Shown here: piece after piece, positions 13,743 through 27,064 of the stretch
Numbering within the stretch: position 1 is the stretch's first letter
How the letters are laid out: the number at the start of each line of letters is the position of its first letter
Source of the DNA: the human T2T-CHM13v2.0 reference genome, Homo sapiens
Direction: 5' to 3' (one strand)
NCBI RefSeq assembly: GCF_009914755.1
Contig: NC_060947.1
DNA length: 64,000 bases
The notes under the pieces: generated by a model
Told to the model about the DNA's origin: nothing
The model's input: the letters and a program-made list of their open reading frames with translations, nothing else
The model's database searches: none
Translations under genes and position numbers: made by a program

Positions 13743-16654
13743 GAAGCTCAAGCATTTCAACATTGGTCTGATATAGAAATATTAGCTCTCATATGATAGA
13801 GGAGAAGAAAGGAGATAGCTCTTTCTTCTGGCCCATAAGGATCTCCAGGAGTCCTAATATTGTCGAGGTGTCAGATATTTTTCTTCCTGTATATAAGAGG
13901 TCAATACTCTAAAATTTGTTTTTTATTTTACTCTGCTCTGACTCAGGAAGGATTTTCATAGTCATATCATTCATGCTTCATTTAGCAATAAGGTTCAAGA
14001 AAGGAATGCCAGTTTAAACATGTAATTTACCTCTCTTTTCCTGACAATAACCAATGAGTGCAATTTATTCATCACACATCAATACTCCTAACTCATAACA
14101 ACAGGAAGGTTACTGAAGACAGTCATTTGAGAATTAAAGGAGTCTATACATGCTGACAGAACAAGCAGCTTGAAGCATTTTCTGTCAATTTACCATTGAC
14201 CCAATGGTTCTTTTGAAAATCCCCTACTCAGCAAGAGAAAATTGGAAGATGTGAAAAAGAAATTGTGGAGGCAATATAGAAGCCCTTTCACACTGAAAGG
14301 TTTTGAGTGGATTTACTGGGCTTGAGGCATCTATACCCCTTTCCAAATTTATATTTTCTTTGCTTCCTTTCATAAGTATAACCTGAAGTGGGTGGAGTCA
14401 CGAGCTGTGCTGCTAATTAGAGTAAGAATTCATTTTATGTATCCCAGCATAAATGTTAGAGCCTGACCAGGATAAAAATATACTGCACTCCAAAAATTTT
14501 CTTTTTTTAAAAAATAAAAACAATGTTTTTATTGTGTCTTGGGTTGTTGCTGTTTAAGTACATTGCCTGAAAAAGGCAGGAACTCTGCCTGTTTCCCATG
14601 CTTTCAGAGTCCTTAGCATGATGATAGGTCATGTAGTCAATATTCAGGCACTGAAAGGTTCAAAAGTGAGAAGTATATCTTGAAATTTAAGGTCAGAAAG
14701 AGCAAGTGCTCCCTTTTCTTGAGACAAATGTCCATCCAAGTTGAGATTTCTTATTTCTAAAACTCCTTCCCTAGGAAACATTCCTACAGTGAGATTTGGA
14801 GATAGCTTACTGCTGGGAATCCAGCATTTCATTATAGGCATTGTGACTATATTTCCTAAGCTAAAAATCAGCACTGGGATCTGGCAAGATGATAAAATAT
14901 TTGAAATCAGGACCATTATAGGGACCATCCACATATGGCTGCCATACCTTGATGTCTTGAGAAAACCCTCCCTTAATTTGTGTTTGATGGCATCTGGGTA
15001 TCATATGATATCTTACTGTTTGAATCCCTCAAAAGGAAATTTGGCTTTAAAAAATTTGAGTGTTAACCACCATCATATAGAACTCACAAACTCACAATAA
15101 ATAGAATATGTACATCTGTAGTGTCCTTAAATTATTTAATTTTAGTTTTTTTGGGTATATTTGTTTTACATATTCAATTATCTTAAACTTCTTTTGGACA
15201 TGCTGTAGCAGAAAGGTAGACTTTACTGTTTGCTGACATAATACATATACTTCTCAGTACCTACCCTATATCCCCAAATGCTCAGTGACCAGAATTTCTA
15301 GCCAGAACTGTGTTTTAGGGCATCAACCCCTTCTGATATAACTTCACTATAACATAAATGCAAACAGCTTATAGAGCTTATTCTAATAAGGTGGCTTTTA
15401 AGAGCAGGCTGAAACATAGCTCCTTTTAGAGGAAAGAGTCTCTGCGTAGATTAGGCCTTTGGGGCAGCTCGTCTTTGAATAAATGTCCTTGTCACCCTAG
15501 CAAATGTATTGTGCTTATAATAATGCATAGATGGAAGAAATGGGATAGAGCTGTTAGTCATCCATTTGGTGCTTTAGGCAGTTAGCAGCAACTGTTGGTA
15601 CAAGACTTTTCTATTAGGTGTTTTGAAATGTCAGACACAGATGGAAGGCAAGGTGTGGCACACCTGCCTCCATTTATGCTTGACAATATTCATTGCTTTC
15701 TTTCTTTACAAGAAACTGAACAAGAAGTGAAGACAGCGGCATAATGTGCCTTTGTGCTGATGTTTTGAGCCTGGATGGGACAGGAGATGAGAGGTGGGAG
15801 TCAAATGTTTGAAAAATCCAAGTGTCTGTGATGCAAGAAAGAAGCTTCAGCATGTGCAGGAAGAATTCATATGAGCCTGATGAATGGCAATTTAATGTTT
15901 TTATTAAACCTTCACTGAAAGAGATGTACTTGGGTTTAGTTTACCTCCTATTCCTTGTGTCTTGGATTATGCAGAGAATTTGCTAGTCTACATTCAGGTT
16001 AATGGGAATTCAGCATTGCCCAATTGAGGACAGCTGGAGCTTTGGGAGAGTGAACTGATGAGGATAAGAAAGGGGGTACAGAAGATGTTTGGGGGTGTCA
16101 TTAGATTTGTTTGGGTTCTGTTCTACAGTGAAAAAAGAAAGTGAAAACTAATAGATTTTTTTCTGGCTATTATATTGAAAATTTAAAAATTCATGTTTTT
16201 TAAACTTTCAGGAGACATGAAAATACTCATCATCTCACTGCCCCTTCCCAGAGATGGACTCCTCAACCTCAACAGACAGGCACATTTTCTTTGCTTTTCC
16301 CTGAGTTGGGTGACATTTCAATGGAGAACACTGATTGATCTTTGTGTGATCTTGAGAAAGCAACGTGGGTTTTATTTGCCCCATAAAAAGTACCAAATGT
16401 GGAAAATGTACTTAGCATATGCGGATGAGCATGTAGTCCTGCAGCAACTTGGTTTTTCAGTCTGAGCAACTGTATTTAGCTGCTTCCTGTGGTTGATCAG
16501 TAGCTTCATCTGTGAAGTCAAGAAATCCAACCAGACCCCCAGCCACATCACACATGTGTTGGAAAAACCTTGAGTGATTAAAAGTTATTTCAGGGAAAGG
16601 TGGTATGTAAATGAGGTAATGGAAAAATTTCGAGTATTATTAGAACATGTAGAG

Positions 16655-16782
16655 CAGAGTTTCTCCACCTCAGTGCTATTGACATTTGGGGCTGGATCAT
16701 TCTTTTTCATGGGGGCTGTCTTCTGCCTTGGGGGATGTTTAGCAGCACTGGAGACCTAACTGCTCCTGGTTGACAACCACTG
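16655..16782 (+). mobile_element. Internally deleted MER20
   Basis: cagagtttctccacctcagtgctattgacatttggggc...ggttgacaaccactg; TSD atgtagag / atttagaa. Confidence 0.75.
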
Positions 16783-17179
16783 ATTTAGAATTAGATATGG
16801 AACAAATGGATGGTTTCAAAGGCAAGTGCCTCACCTGAGAGACTTAAAGTTTAGAAGGCTTGTTTAATTGATGATTACCATTTGGCTTTGCCAAAACCAG
16901 CCTCTTGCTAAGCATAAGTAAATAGATGGATAATTTTCTTTCAAAGGCTGAGAGTTGACAAGAGGATGTAGGATGCATTAATCAGGGGCAAAACATCATT
17001 TGGTTAGGCAGATGACCTTGACACTACCTTTGAGGGAGAGCAGACTCATCTCTGCCTTGTGCTTAAGGTGAGAGGCAATACTCACCGTGGCATTGCTTAT
17101 GGAAACACATTCGTTTTTAGTTTGCTTATCCCTCTCACCTTTTAAGTCAGCTCTCTCTTCTTCCCGGCCTCTATTTCCT

Positions 17180-17312
17180 TTCTTTTCTTTTCAGTAGAGA
17201 TGAGGTCTTGCTATGTTGCCCAGGCTGTTCTTGAACTCCTGGAGTCAAGTGATCCTTCTGCCTTGGCCTCTCAAAGTGCTGGCATTACAGGCATGAACCA
17301 CCGTGCCTGGCC
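17180..17312 (-). mobile_element. FLAM_C-like Alu left monomer
   Basis: Single monomer with a T-rich tail; decayed TSD ccggcctctatttc / ctagcatctatttc. Confidence 0.88.
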
Positions 17313-17704
17313 TCTAGCATCTATTTCTTGAACAAAAGTTGGGGCTATGTAATTTGCTTTAAAAGTGTCATTTCACCTGCTTAACTTTTGGAATTGCTGC
17401 TGTTAATGGTTCTGAGTCTCAGAGTTGTTCCTTGGGCAAAATTTGATGTCAGAAAACTCCATGTTTTCCCAGACTTCATTTTCTTTGCACTTTACCCTCC
17501 CCTCACTCATGCCTTTCTTTCACCACGTGTTACCTCCTCTGCAAATCCACCTCCAGGTGCCCAAAATGCCTTAATTTTTCTTCCGTCTTGCTTTATATAA
17601 ATCACATTTTTTTTCTGGGGTGTCGGTGGGGGGGGATCTGATTGCCCTTCTACATTATAGCTAAATACACATCTCTTTTATTTTTGAAACTGGCATGCAT
17701 TGTC

Positions 17705-18260
17705 TTTTTAAACATTTTAAATTGACATATCATAAAATTGTTTCTCTTGGTACCCAGTTCTATGAGTTTTAACACAGGCATGTTTGTGTAATCACTACCA
17801 CAATTAGGATACAGAACAGTTCCATCACTAAAAAAACTAAAAAGCCAAAATAAACCTTTGGGCTGCCCCTTTGCAGAACTCTCCTCTCCACTTCCAAATG
17901 CTGGCAACTGCCCATCTGTTCTCCATCTCTACAGTTTTGCCTTTTCCAGGAAGCCATGTAAATGGAAGCAAACAGAATGTAACCTTTGGGAGTGTCTTCT
18001 TTCACTCAGCACAATGCCTTTGAGATTCATCCACGTTGTTGTTTGCATTGATATTTCATTCCTTTTCTTGCTGGGTAGTATTCTGTGGTATTGACAGCCA
18101 CAGTGTGTTTATTCACCCATTGGAGGACATCTGGGTAGTTTTCAGTTCTTGGCAATTATAAGTAGAGCTGCTATTAAGCACTCCTGTACCAGTCTCTGTG
18201 GGAATGTAAATTTTCATTTCTCTAGGGGTGGAATTTCTGGATCATATGGTAAGTATGTCT
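17705..18260 (-). mobile_element. L1ME-type 3' end
   Basis: 'agttctatgagttttaacaca', 'ctggcaact...tctgttctccatctctacagttttgcc', 'tgagattcatcca'. Confidence 0.8.
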
Positions 18261-19379
18261 TTTTGTTTTCCAGAGGAATTTTTACTTCAATTGGGCCCAG
18301 AAATGAATTCAACACTTAAACTGTAATGATTCCTTAAGTGTGGAATTTCAGACTGGGTTTTTGAGATTTGGAGTAAGGTTGTGTGTATGAGTGTTGTTGT
18401 GTGTGTGTGGTTGTGCTGGGAGTGTTAAGAGTTGGGAGCCCTGAAATCACTGCAGCTCAAATGGGTGGCCTATTTTTGCCCACCTCATGCTTGTGGGTCA
18501 ACATGCCAATTTTTCTCTCACTTCTTTAATCCTGACCTATGGTGTCAGTACAGGAAGAGCCATTTAAAATGGGTGAATGTTTGACAAACAAACGTCTGTT
18601 CCTGATGAGTGGATTTCCTTCCATCTCTAAATCCCATGACTATGACTGTGACTCTTATGCTTGAATCATTCTCTAGCTACATCAATTTCATGGTTGTCAG
18701 CAATGCCTAATCCATCTTCCATAGTCTGGAACCACTCAGGCGGCAGACTCCCTTGAGGTGGGAGTGCTCCTTGTACTCACTTGTGTTCCTGCCATCCTCG
18801 GGGTGCCTACAGTTAGTATGTGTCCAGAATTATTTCATTTTAATTTTGGCTACCAGAAAAGCCTTTAGTGAAAGAAATATGAGCAGTGCATTAAACAATT
18901 CTATTGATATCACTTCCCTGTCTTTTAAAAAATGGCTGTTTTCATTGTCTGAGGTTTTGTTCTAAAGTTCCAAAATTCAGATTTTGCATATACAACTATA
19001 CTTCCTCATATCAAATACCATTGTCATGCATGGCTTACAAACATTTCAGTAAATGTTTGTTGAACTGAATGAGTAAAGAAAATAATTTGGCGAGAAACAA
19101 TAAGATCTATATAATTTTCTTCCTTTATCATTATTTATACTATATCAATCACTCTCTTTTTTCTGAGCAAGACTTAGCTTTAGATGCCAAAAATATTTAT
19201 TACCTATGATTTTTGATTAGGTATTTTATATTGGAAGCTTCAGAGCTCACTTGCCTGGGAAAATAGTGACCCCTCTGAGTATGGAAAAATGGATCCATTG
19301 ATTATTTTATAAATTTGAATATTGATTTAATAAATTAAATATAAATATCCCAGAGTTACCAGGCAATGCACACGCCTCT

Positions 19380-19612
19380 GCCTTTAAACTCCATATAAAA
19401 TGCCATCTTCTCAATGAAATTTTCCCAAACCATCCTATGCAAAATTATTCTGTTTTCCATACACCACAGCTCTATTAAAATTTATTTGATTTCAGGTCCT
19501 TCTCTTCCAGGGGTCTGTGAGCAACTTGAGGGTGGGACACATGTCTCATTCTCCTTCGTGATCTTAGTGTTTAGCACAGTTTCTGGCCCATTTGTGCTAA
19601 ATAAATTATTTG
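19380..19612 (+). mobile_element. L2 3' fragment
   Basis: 'tgtgagcaacttgagggtggg...tagcacagt...taaataaat'. Confidence 0.55.
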
Positions 19613-20487
19613 TCATACCAAATACAATTCCTGAGGTATGATGATAACCTTGCCCAATATTTTAGTTTTTGCACGTATTTATATATGTATATATGTATAT
19701 GTGATACACACACACATATTTTTAGAAACTGATAGATGGTGAAACTGAATGAAAACAGCCCTTTTCTGGAGTTGTATAGACTGGGTGGGTGAATTTTTTA
19801 AAAAACGGAGCTGATAAATCAGCAATAAGAACAGTGAGTCTTAGAGCAGTTTGTTATTATAGAGGGTAAGTAGGTCTTCTTTGATCACTTTGGAAAGAGA
19901 AGGGCCACAGTTTATCCTGCCAATTCAATTTCAAAAACTCATTGAGCATATCTTGAGTCAAAATTTCTTCATGAAATGGCTTTTTAAATTGCAAAAATAA
20001 TTCTGTGGCCCTAACTCAAAACCACTCTGAAAAATGATGAAAAAGTTAGCTACCCGGAAATCTTTGCACAAAAACTGTGGACCTCGGGTTAGCAGTGCAA
20101 ATTGTCTTTCTCTCAGCTTTATTTTACAGCTTCAGTTCACAAAATTCCTTATGAGATAATAGGTCTAAGGGCTACATCAAATTATTTCAGCTGAAATGAA
20201 GTGGGAGCAGTAACAATTTAGTCCAACACCTGCATATTATTGCTTTTTATTCTAAATGGAGATTTAGCTTTTAGCACTAGCCTTTCCCAGGTGGCTTGCT
20301 ATGATGCAGATGTCTGTCTGATATGACCTTGGACTGGCATTGAGGCTGACTGGGTACTTATGCCAGGCAGCTGGCCAAATCATCTTGGAAAGAAGTGGTC
20401 TGGTCAGATTCCTTCTGAAGGAGAAGACCACACACAAAAAAAGCATATTTATTTTTTCTTACTGGAGGATGACTTTTGGTAGCATGC

Positions 20488-20781
20488 TGTAGCAGGCTGT
20501 TGGTGCCCTTATTGGGCTGTGGCAGTATACTGTGAAAGTTGGCTGCTTATCAGCCCATAGTTGTACTCTTCTCTGGAGAATTATACTCAGCCAGTTGGAG
20601 CTCCTTGTGGGATCAAGCTGGGCTAGACTTCAGCTACACTACATCTCTACTGCTTTTGTCCTATTCTGCTCCCTCCCTTCCTTACTCCAGAGTGCTCCTG
20701 AGAGCACTTCTTCAATAAACTGCTTGTAGAGGAATCTTCGTTTCAGTTTCTATTGCTACAGAAACTGACACAAGTAAGACA
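20488..20781 (+). mobile_element. LTR16-family (ERVL) solo LTR, degenerate
   Basis: Starts tgtagcagg; 'cctgagagcacttcttcaataaac'; ends taagaca. Confidence 0.5.
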
Positions 20782-21124
20782 CATGCCTCTGCCTAAATGA
20801 CCTGGCACAACAAGGTACTAGAAGGATCGTCTTCACAGATACTGAAACTTCCAAGAATCATGACAGGAGCACGTTGGAGAGAAAAACAGTGATATTGGTG
20901 TTAAAAATTATTGAGGATGAGGCAGAGACCTGGGGAAAAAGGACTCTGCCTACCCCACATTTGCACTGAGAAGCTTAATGTGGTTGGAGAAAAACCCATA
21001 CCTATGCCAATGAGTTGTGCTTTGAGTTAGTGATTATAAAAGTCTTGCGAGTTCTAGATGCAGCCTGGTCATCATAGTATATTTCCCAGTCAAACTGCTG
21101 TCCAGATTGTCTGTAATCATTAAT

Positions 21125-21480
21125 TAACATTATTCTAGTTACTGAAAAGATCAAGTTCAATATCAGTGACTTAGTACAGTAAAAGTTTCCTTCTTCTCTT
21201 GCAAATTCTCAAATAATGTTTCCAATTTTCAGGCTGTTATACTCCATGTGATTCAGAGATTCGAGGTTCTTACCCTTTTGTGGTTTTGCCATCTTTAGCT
21301 CATAGTTTCCAAGGTTCCATCTTGGAGAAGGAGCATGGAGAATCACACATAGAAGGATTTTATGGGTGTACATCATTCTCACATTTTGTTGGCTAGATAA
21401 TGACTACATACCAGATCTTCCACTGACTGCATGATGGTATATAAGTCTCCCATATATTTGATGCAACTCTGGAGAAGGGA
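21125..21480 (-). mobile_element. Degenerate MLT1J-like LTR
   Basis: 'gtttccaagg...gcatggagaatcacac...attttgttggctaga'. Confidence 0.45.
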
Positions 21481-21974
21481 TGGTGCAGAAGTGACTGGAA
21501 TTAATTTTCCACCATTAAATAAATAGAGATGGGAAAAGGAAATTAAGTTTAGCCACGGAAAATAAATTAAATGGCTTGGCAACCTGGGTTTGTGGCCTGA
21601 GATTCATATGTGCTGCATGTGTTTAAAATGATATCTGGAAGGGCGAATTTGTAGTCAAGGGGGATAAATGAAGTAGAGAGCATGGAATTGAAGAACATGA
21701 TAAAGTTTAAAATTGTATCTACTGGATGGACCATGACACAGTAGTAGCTTTTGAACCCTTTCCTGGTGAATCTTGAACAAGGTTCTACTAACCCATGTAA
21801 TGCTTTTGTTAGAAAAAGGACACACTCCATGCCAGGGTGCATGGCTTTGGGGAGTGGAGTGTGGCTGTATTCCAGCTTCCACCCTCCCTTTCACCCGATG
21901 TTGTTGTGGAGGATACACCTGCACATCAATATGCGGTAATGCTGATCTCAAAGCAACTGCTTCTGCTCCTCTCT

Positions 21975-22495
21975 TGTTGTGGATTGACTTAACGACCCAA
22001 ACTTTTTAAAAACTCCTTTCTATATCCATACCCCTTGCCATATGACTTTGTAGTTCCTCCCACTAAAGAGGTGGACTGTATTTCTCTGATGCTTGACTCT
22101 GGCCATGTGATGAGCTTTGTTAACAAGGGTGACATGAACAAAAGTAGAAGCATGTGCATGATTTGGCTTGCCCCCTTATACTTCTGCCAATGCCTTGAGA
22201 TGCACACGCCCAGGCTAGCCTCTTGAGTCCAGAAAGAGCATGAGAGCTATGCAGAGCAGAGCCAAGTCACTCAAGCCAAGCCCAGACCAGATCCATTGAT
22301 CTCCAGTCGACCCCACATCTACATGAATAAACCCAGCAGAGATCAGCAGTCACTCAGCCAAAGCCCAGTCTAGATCCCCTCAACCTCTGTTGACTTGTAC
22401 ACTCATGTGCCAAATAAATGCCTATTGTTGTTTGCCACTGAGATTTCGTGGTTGCTTGTTATACAGCATTTTTGCAGCCACAGTTAATAGGTACA
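21975..22495 (+). mobile_element. MLT1G/H solo LTR
   Basis: 'tgactttgtagttcctcccactaaagaggtgga', 'aataaatgcctattgttgtttgccactgag', ends gtaca; TSD tctct / cctct. Confidence 0.75.
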
Positions 22496-25400
22496 CCTCT
22501 TTCTCCTCAAAGCCCTAGGAGTATGGAACATACAGATTGTTGCTTCTACCATGACTGCTTTATGCCATTAGGAATTTGCATTCCTTTTCAGAATCAATCT
22601 CTTTTCACCTTTCCATCAGCATTGTTTAAAAGCACACGTTAGAAAAGATTTTGGGATGCTCCATTGAAATGGCTCTGATGAGAAATCATCAAAGCTAGCA
22701 CTAGGTCCTAGGCCTGGAGGGAGATTATGGTTAGACAATTTAGATAAAATAAGTGTGGGTGGTGGAAAGTAGGTGGAGGGGAAATAGGTTAACCTCTTTC
22801 TTCTTGGTAATGAAGATTTCTCAGTGCAGTAGCATGTCAATTCATAGCTCTCCTTCTCCTCTTTATAATTCCATTCATATAGGATTTGGATAAACAGTAT
22901 AAATTTCACAGGCCATAATTTTAAAAATATAGATAGGAGATGTCCTTTTTCACCTTGGTAGCGTATGGGAAATGAATATATCTAAAATCCCTATACATAA
23001 TGAAGAAAAGTAAAGGAACCCAATAATTTTTGATGTGTGCTGCATTAAGATGTTTTTATTTTCTATTTTCTCTGCTTGCCTACACTTGCAAATAAAAGTT
23101 AATAACATTTTTTGTCACTGTTCACATTAAAATACATCTCTATCTTTCTATCTAGTGACACTGAATAATTTTATTAGCTAAATAAACATTTTAGTCATCA
23201 GGGAAACTGTTCCAGCAGCAGATAAGCTAGATTAAATTGTTAGGTCAAAAGAGTGCACACTGTAATAGCTGTCATCACTACAGAAAATTTCAAATAATGA
23301 CTATTTTTTCTTTTTTTAATCTTGAATGCTTTGGGGACCAAGCAGCAAGTCCACCCACAGCTATTGTCAAGCATATTTCTTTCTTCATCAGTAATAAGGA
23401 GTGATCCTTCCCATGCCTAAATTTAGTCATCTTAGAAAAAGATCTAGAGATTCGTGTTGCAATGTTGAATTCCTGGTGTTTTATTTTCTCCTCTTTGAAG
23501 TCTCATATTCCTAATCTGGTCAGAACCTCTAATTCTAACATTAAATGGGAATGTTTAGACCTTCTAAATGTTTACTACATTGAATTTTTTTCAATGTTTA
23601 CTACATTGAATTTCCTTTCCTATAAGATTTGCTTGTTGAGATATGTCTTAAAAATTCCCAGTTTTCCCAGCTTTCCTGCTTATCAGCCAGCATAGCTCAT
23701 GAGAAGTGATGGTTATGTCCATAAAGAACAGTGTGCTCTTCTTGGCTAGCAGGTATCTTAGATTAAATCTCCCTGAGTCTAAAGTCTGACCACACTCAGA
23801 TGGAATCATATTTAAGCTGAATGAGTGTAAATATTTTTATTTCCTTACGCTAAGTGATATAATGCATAGCAACGCCATTGCAAGTTGGGTTTCCTGGGAA
23901 GCATACAATGAGATGGAATTTAGTGGGTGAGATATTTATTAAGTAGTGCCCTTGGGATCATCACATTGCCACTCCATTTCCCTCTCTGTCTGATTTTGCT
24001 TCCTTCCCCTCCTTAGCATTCATATTTCATTAGCTTATATAATATTTAAAATTAAATAACATGCCTACCATTATAAATGGAATAAACAGATTTGAGAACA
24101 AAAACCCAATAGTTGGTTTTTTTAAAAGCATACACCTTAAAAGATGGGAACTGAGCTGTGGGGGTGGATTAGCAAGGACCCTGCCAGCTGTAGGCATTCT
24201 GAATGCCATGAACTGGGGTCACTTTGCTTTACAGAGTGAATGAAAGGGTCAGTCAAGTGGAAGACTTGTCAGGGGACTTCTACCTTACTGTCACTTCAGA
24301 GGCAGGCTGTGTCATGGTCTTCAGCCATACTTATGCTTGGGTACAATACAAGGCACTCATAACACAATCTTACCAGTTTCAAAAATTAATTTTTGTAACT
24401 GTTGAATTGAAATTCTTGAGTCAAGGAGGATTGTAGCATCTGACGGGGCCATAGACTGGAAATAAAAGGGAAGGAGCAAGACCTTTCATGGAAAAAAGCA
24501 GAATGGGGTAGCTTGGTGAATTGGCTATGCCCAAACGTTCAGGTGGAGTTGAGTAGCAAGGCGGAGACATGTAGGATCTTAGAGCTGGAAGAATCTTGAT
24601 GAGGATGTAGGCGAGTGTTGTGTTTATAGGTGTGTGAGTGGAGAGGTGGGTTGTAGGGGGAGAGAATTTAATTTTTTAATTTCATTCACGTCTAAATTGT
24701 TTGAGACTTGTAGGAATGATCTGCATTAATTTTCTAATTAAAGCTAATTAAACAGTCCCCATGTTTAATTAAACTGAGTAAAAAATATGCATTGACTGTG
24801 AGCTCACCAAACCAAGAGTGTGGGATAGAATCATTGCATTGACAATGTCAGCTTAGGCATGACAGTGTCAGCTTAGGCAATTGACAAGAAAGCACAAATG
24901 GTGGCCATAACGGCATTCTGAATACATGTGATTTAATTTGTTAAGTGCATTCTCTCAAACATGCATTTAAATTAAATGATTATGAATACAATCATTTTAG
25001 TACTGAACTATTATCTTCGAGATTGGTTTTCACAAGAAGCAAAAGCCTGAGAAAACATAAAATTCCCTTAAAGGGATTTCCTGATATCAAGGAAATCTTC
25101 ATATTTCATAGACAAGCAAATACTTTTCCAATTAAGAATTAGAAATAACACAGAGGTCAAATGCTCTCTCTCCTGAAACTGCAGCAATGATGCTTGTCAG
25201 CGAGATGGGGAGGGAAAAGCTGTATTGTATTTGTATTCTGAGAGAGCTGCTTTCAACAGCTCTTTCCCTTAGAGCTTTCCTACTCACTTAGTGCCCTTTG
25301 AGTCACCTTTTTTTCCAGGTGGCAAAGCTGCGAGTATTAGCATAGCCTTTCCTCTCTACTTAGTAAAGGTGTGTTTTTGATGAGTTTATTTATCCTCCTC

Positions 25401-25519
25401 TTCAGCAGAGAGAAGCAGTAAAGTCACCGGAGGCAAAATGTAAAGGGTGCGGAGAGCAGCAGAGGGCCTGGGATAGGGGAAATAGGGCGTGGGGTAGGTA
25501 GACATGGAGGGGAAAAATA

Positions 25520-25750
25520 ATACTCTGTGCTTAACTACTCACCCCAGGGACAGGCATTGCATTTACTTTGCCTCATTTAATCTGCCCAAGAATCTTGTGA
25601 TCTAAGTATTATCTCCATTTTACAAATGAGGAAAATGAGCCTCAGAGTGTTTAAGCAACTTGTCTAGGTGCACAGGAAGCATCATCATAATCTGCTGCAG
25701 ATCAAAAATTCTAAGCCAGATGGATCTGGTCTCCAGCACATCCTCTTACT
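25520..25750 (-). mobile_element. MIR SINE
   Basis: 'attatctccattttacaaatgaggaaaatgagcctcagag'. Confidence 0.7.
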
Positions 25751-26274
25751 ACAGTGAGATGCTCTGGGGGAGAAATGAAGCGGGGCAGCCAGATAACACG
25801 TATATATGTGGGGCTGGGCATTTGACTAGGCCTCACCTAAAGTAATTTAAAGTCTAATGTTTTAAAAACACCATGAAGATTAAACTGAACACATCTGCAG
25901 AGCTGAATTCGCACCAAGAATTAGCATGCAACTTCTGCAAATAAGGCTTAAAAGAAAAATTATACAGTAAATGCTAAGTTCACTACTTCTTATCTTAAGC
26001 TATTTAAGGAACAGGATGGGGAAAGGGGTAAATAAATACTGGGAAAATGAGAGAAGGCAGCTTTCACATTATAGAAATTATTTAGGGCAGAATATCTTGT
26101 CATATTTTGAACACACATTCAGTGATATTATACAGGCTAATGGAAAAGGGGTGACAATTTCCAAGTCACTGTCAATGGCTCTCTTATTTCTGAGACCATT
26201 TGATATAACAAAGTTTAAGTAAAAAATGGTTTTGACCTATGGAACTTGTTGTAGTGAATGTGACTTATACCAAC

Positions 26275-26509
26275 CAGGGTTACTCAAAGTGTGGTCCCTG
26301 GACCAGCCCAAGTCCACAAACGGTTACTGGTCTGTGATAAGTACAGGGATTGAGAATAAGCACGTGGAAACTTCTATAGCAATTTGACATTACTGCATTT
26401 TGTAATTGGGTTTGCATTTTGTAAGCTTTTTAATATTTTTCTTATAATTTATTTTCATTGTATTTTATAAAATTATCGATCTGTGAAAATAATAGTTTGA
26501 GAAGCACTG
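26275..26509. mobile_element. hAT-Charlie MITE (Charlie18a-like; subfamily tentative)
   Basis: TIRs cagggttactcaaa ... tttgagaagcactg; 'gtgtggtccctggacc'. Confidence 0.65.
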
Positions 26510-26629
26510 GCCTATGTGACATTTGAATGAAGAGGATATTAATTAATTTTTAATCCAGTGCATACGAAGCCACATGAAGATGCATGGCTTCTGTCTCTGA
26601 TTTTTAAATTCTTTATTCTTTTATTTTTA

Positions 26630-27064
<435 letters not shown>

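Noticed and set aside
14741-15100. 119-aa ORF in unique sequence
   Set aside because: TTG start, composition typical of AT-rich noise, no motif and no splice support.
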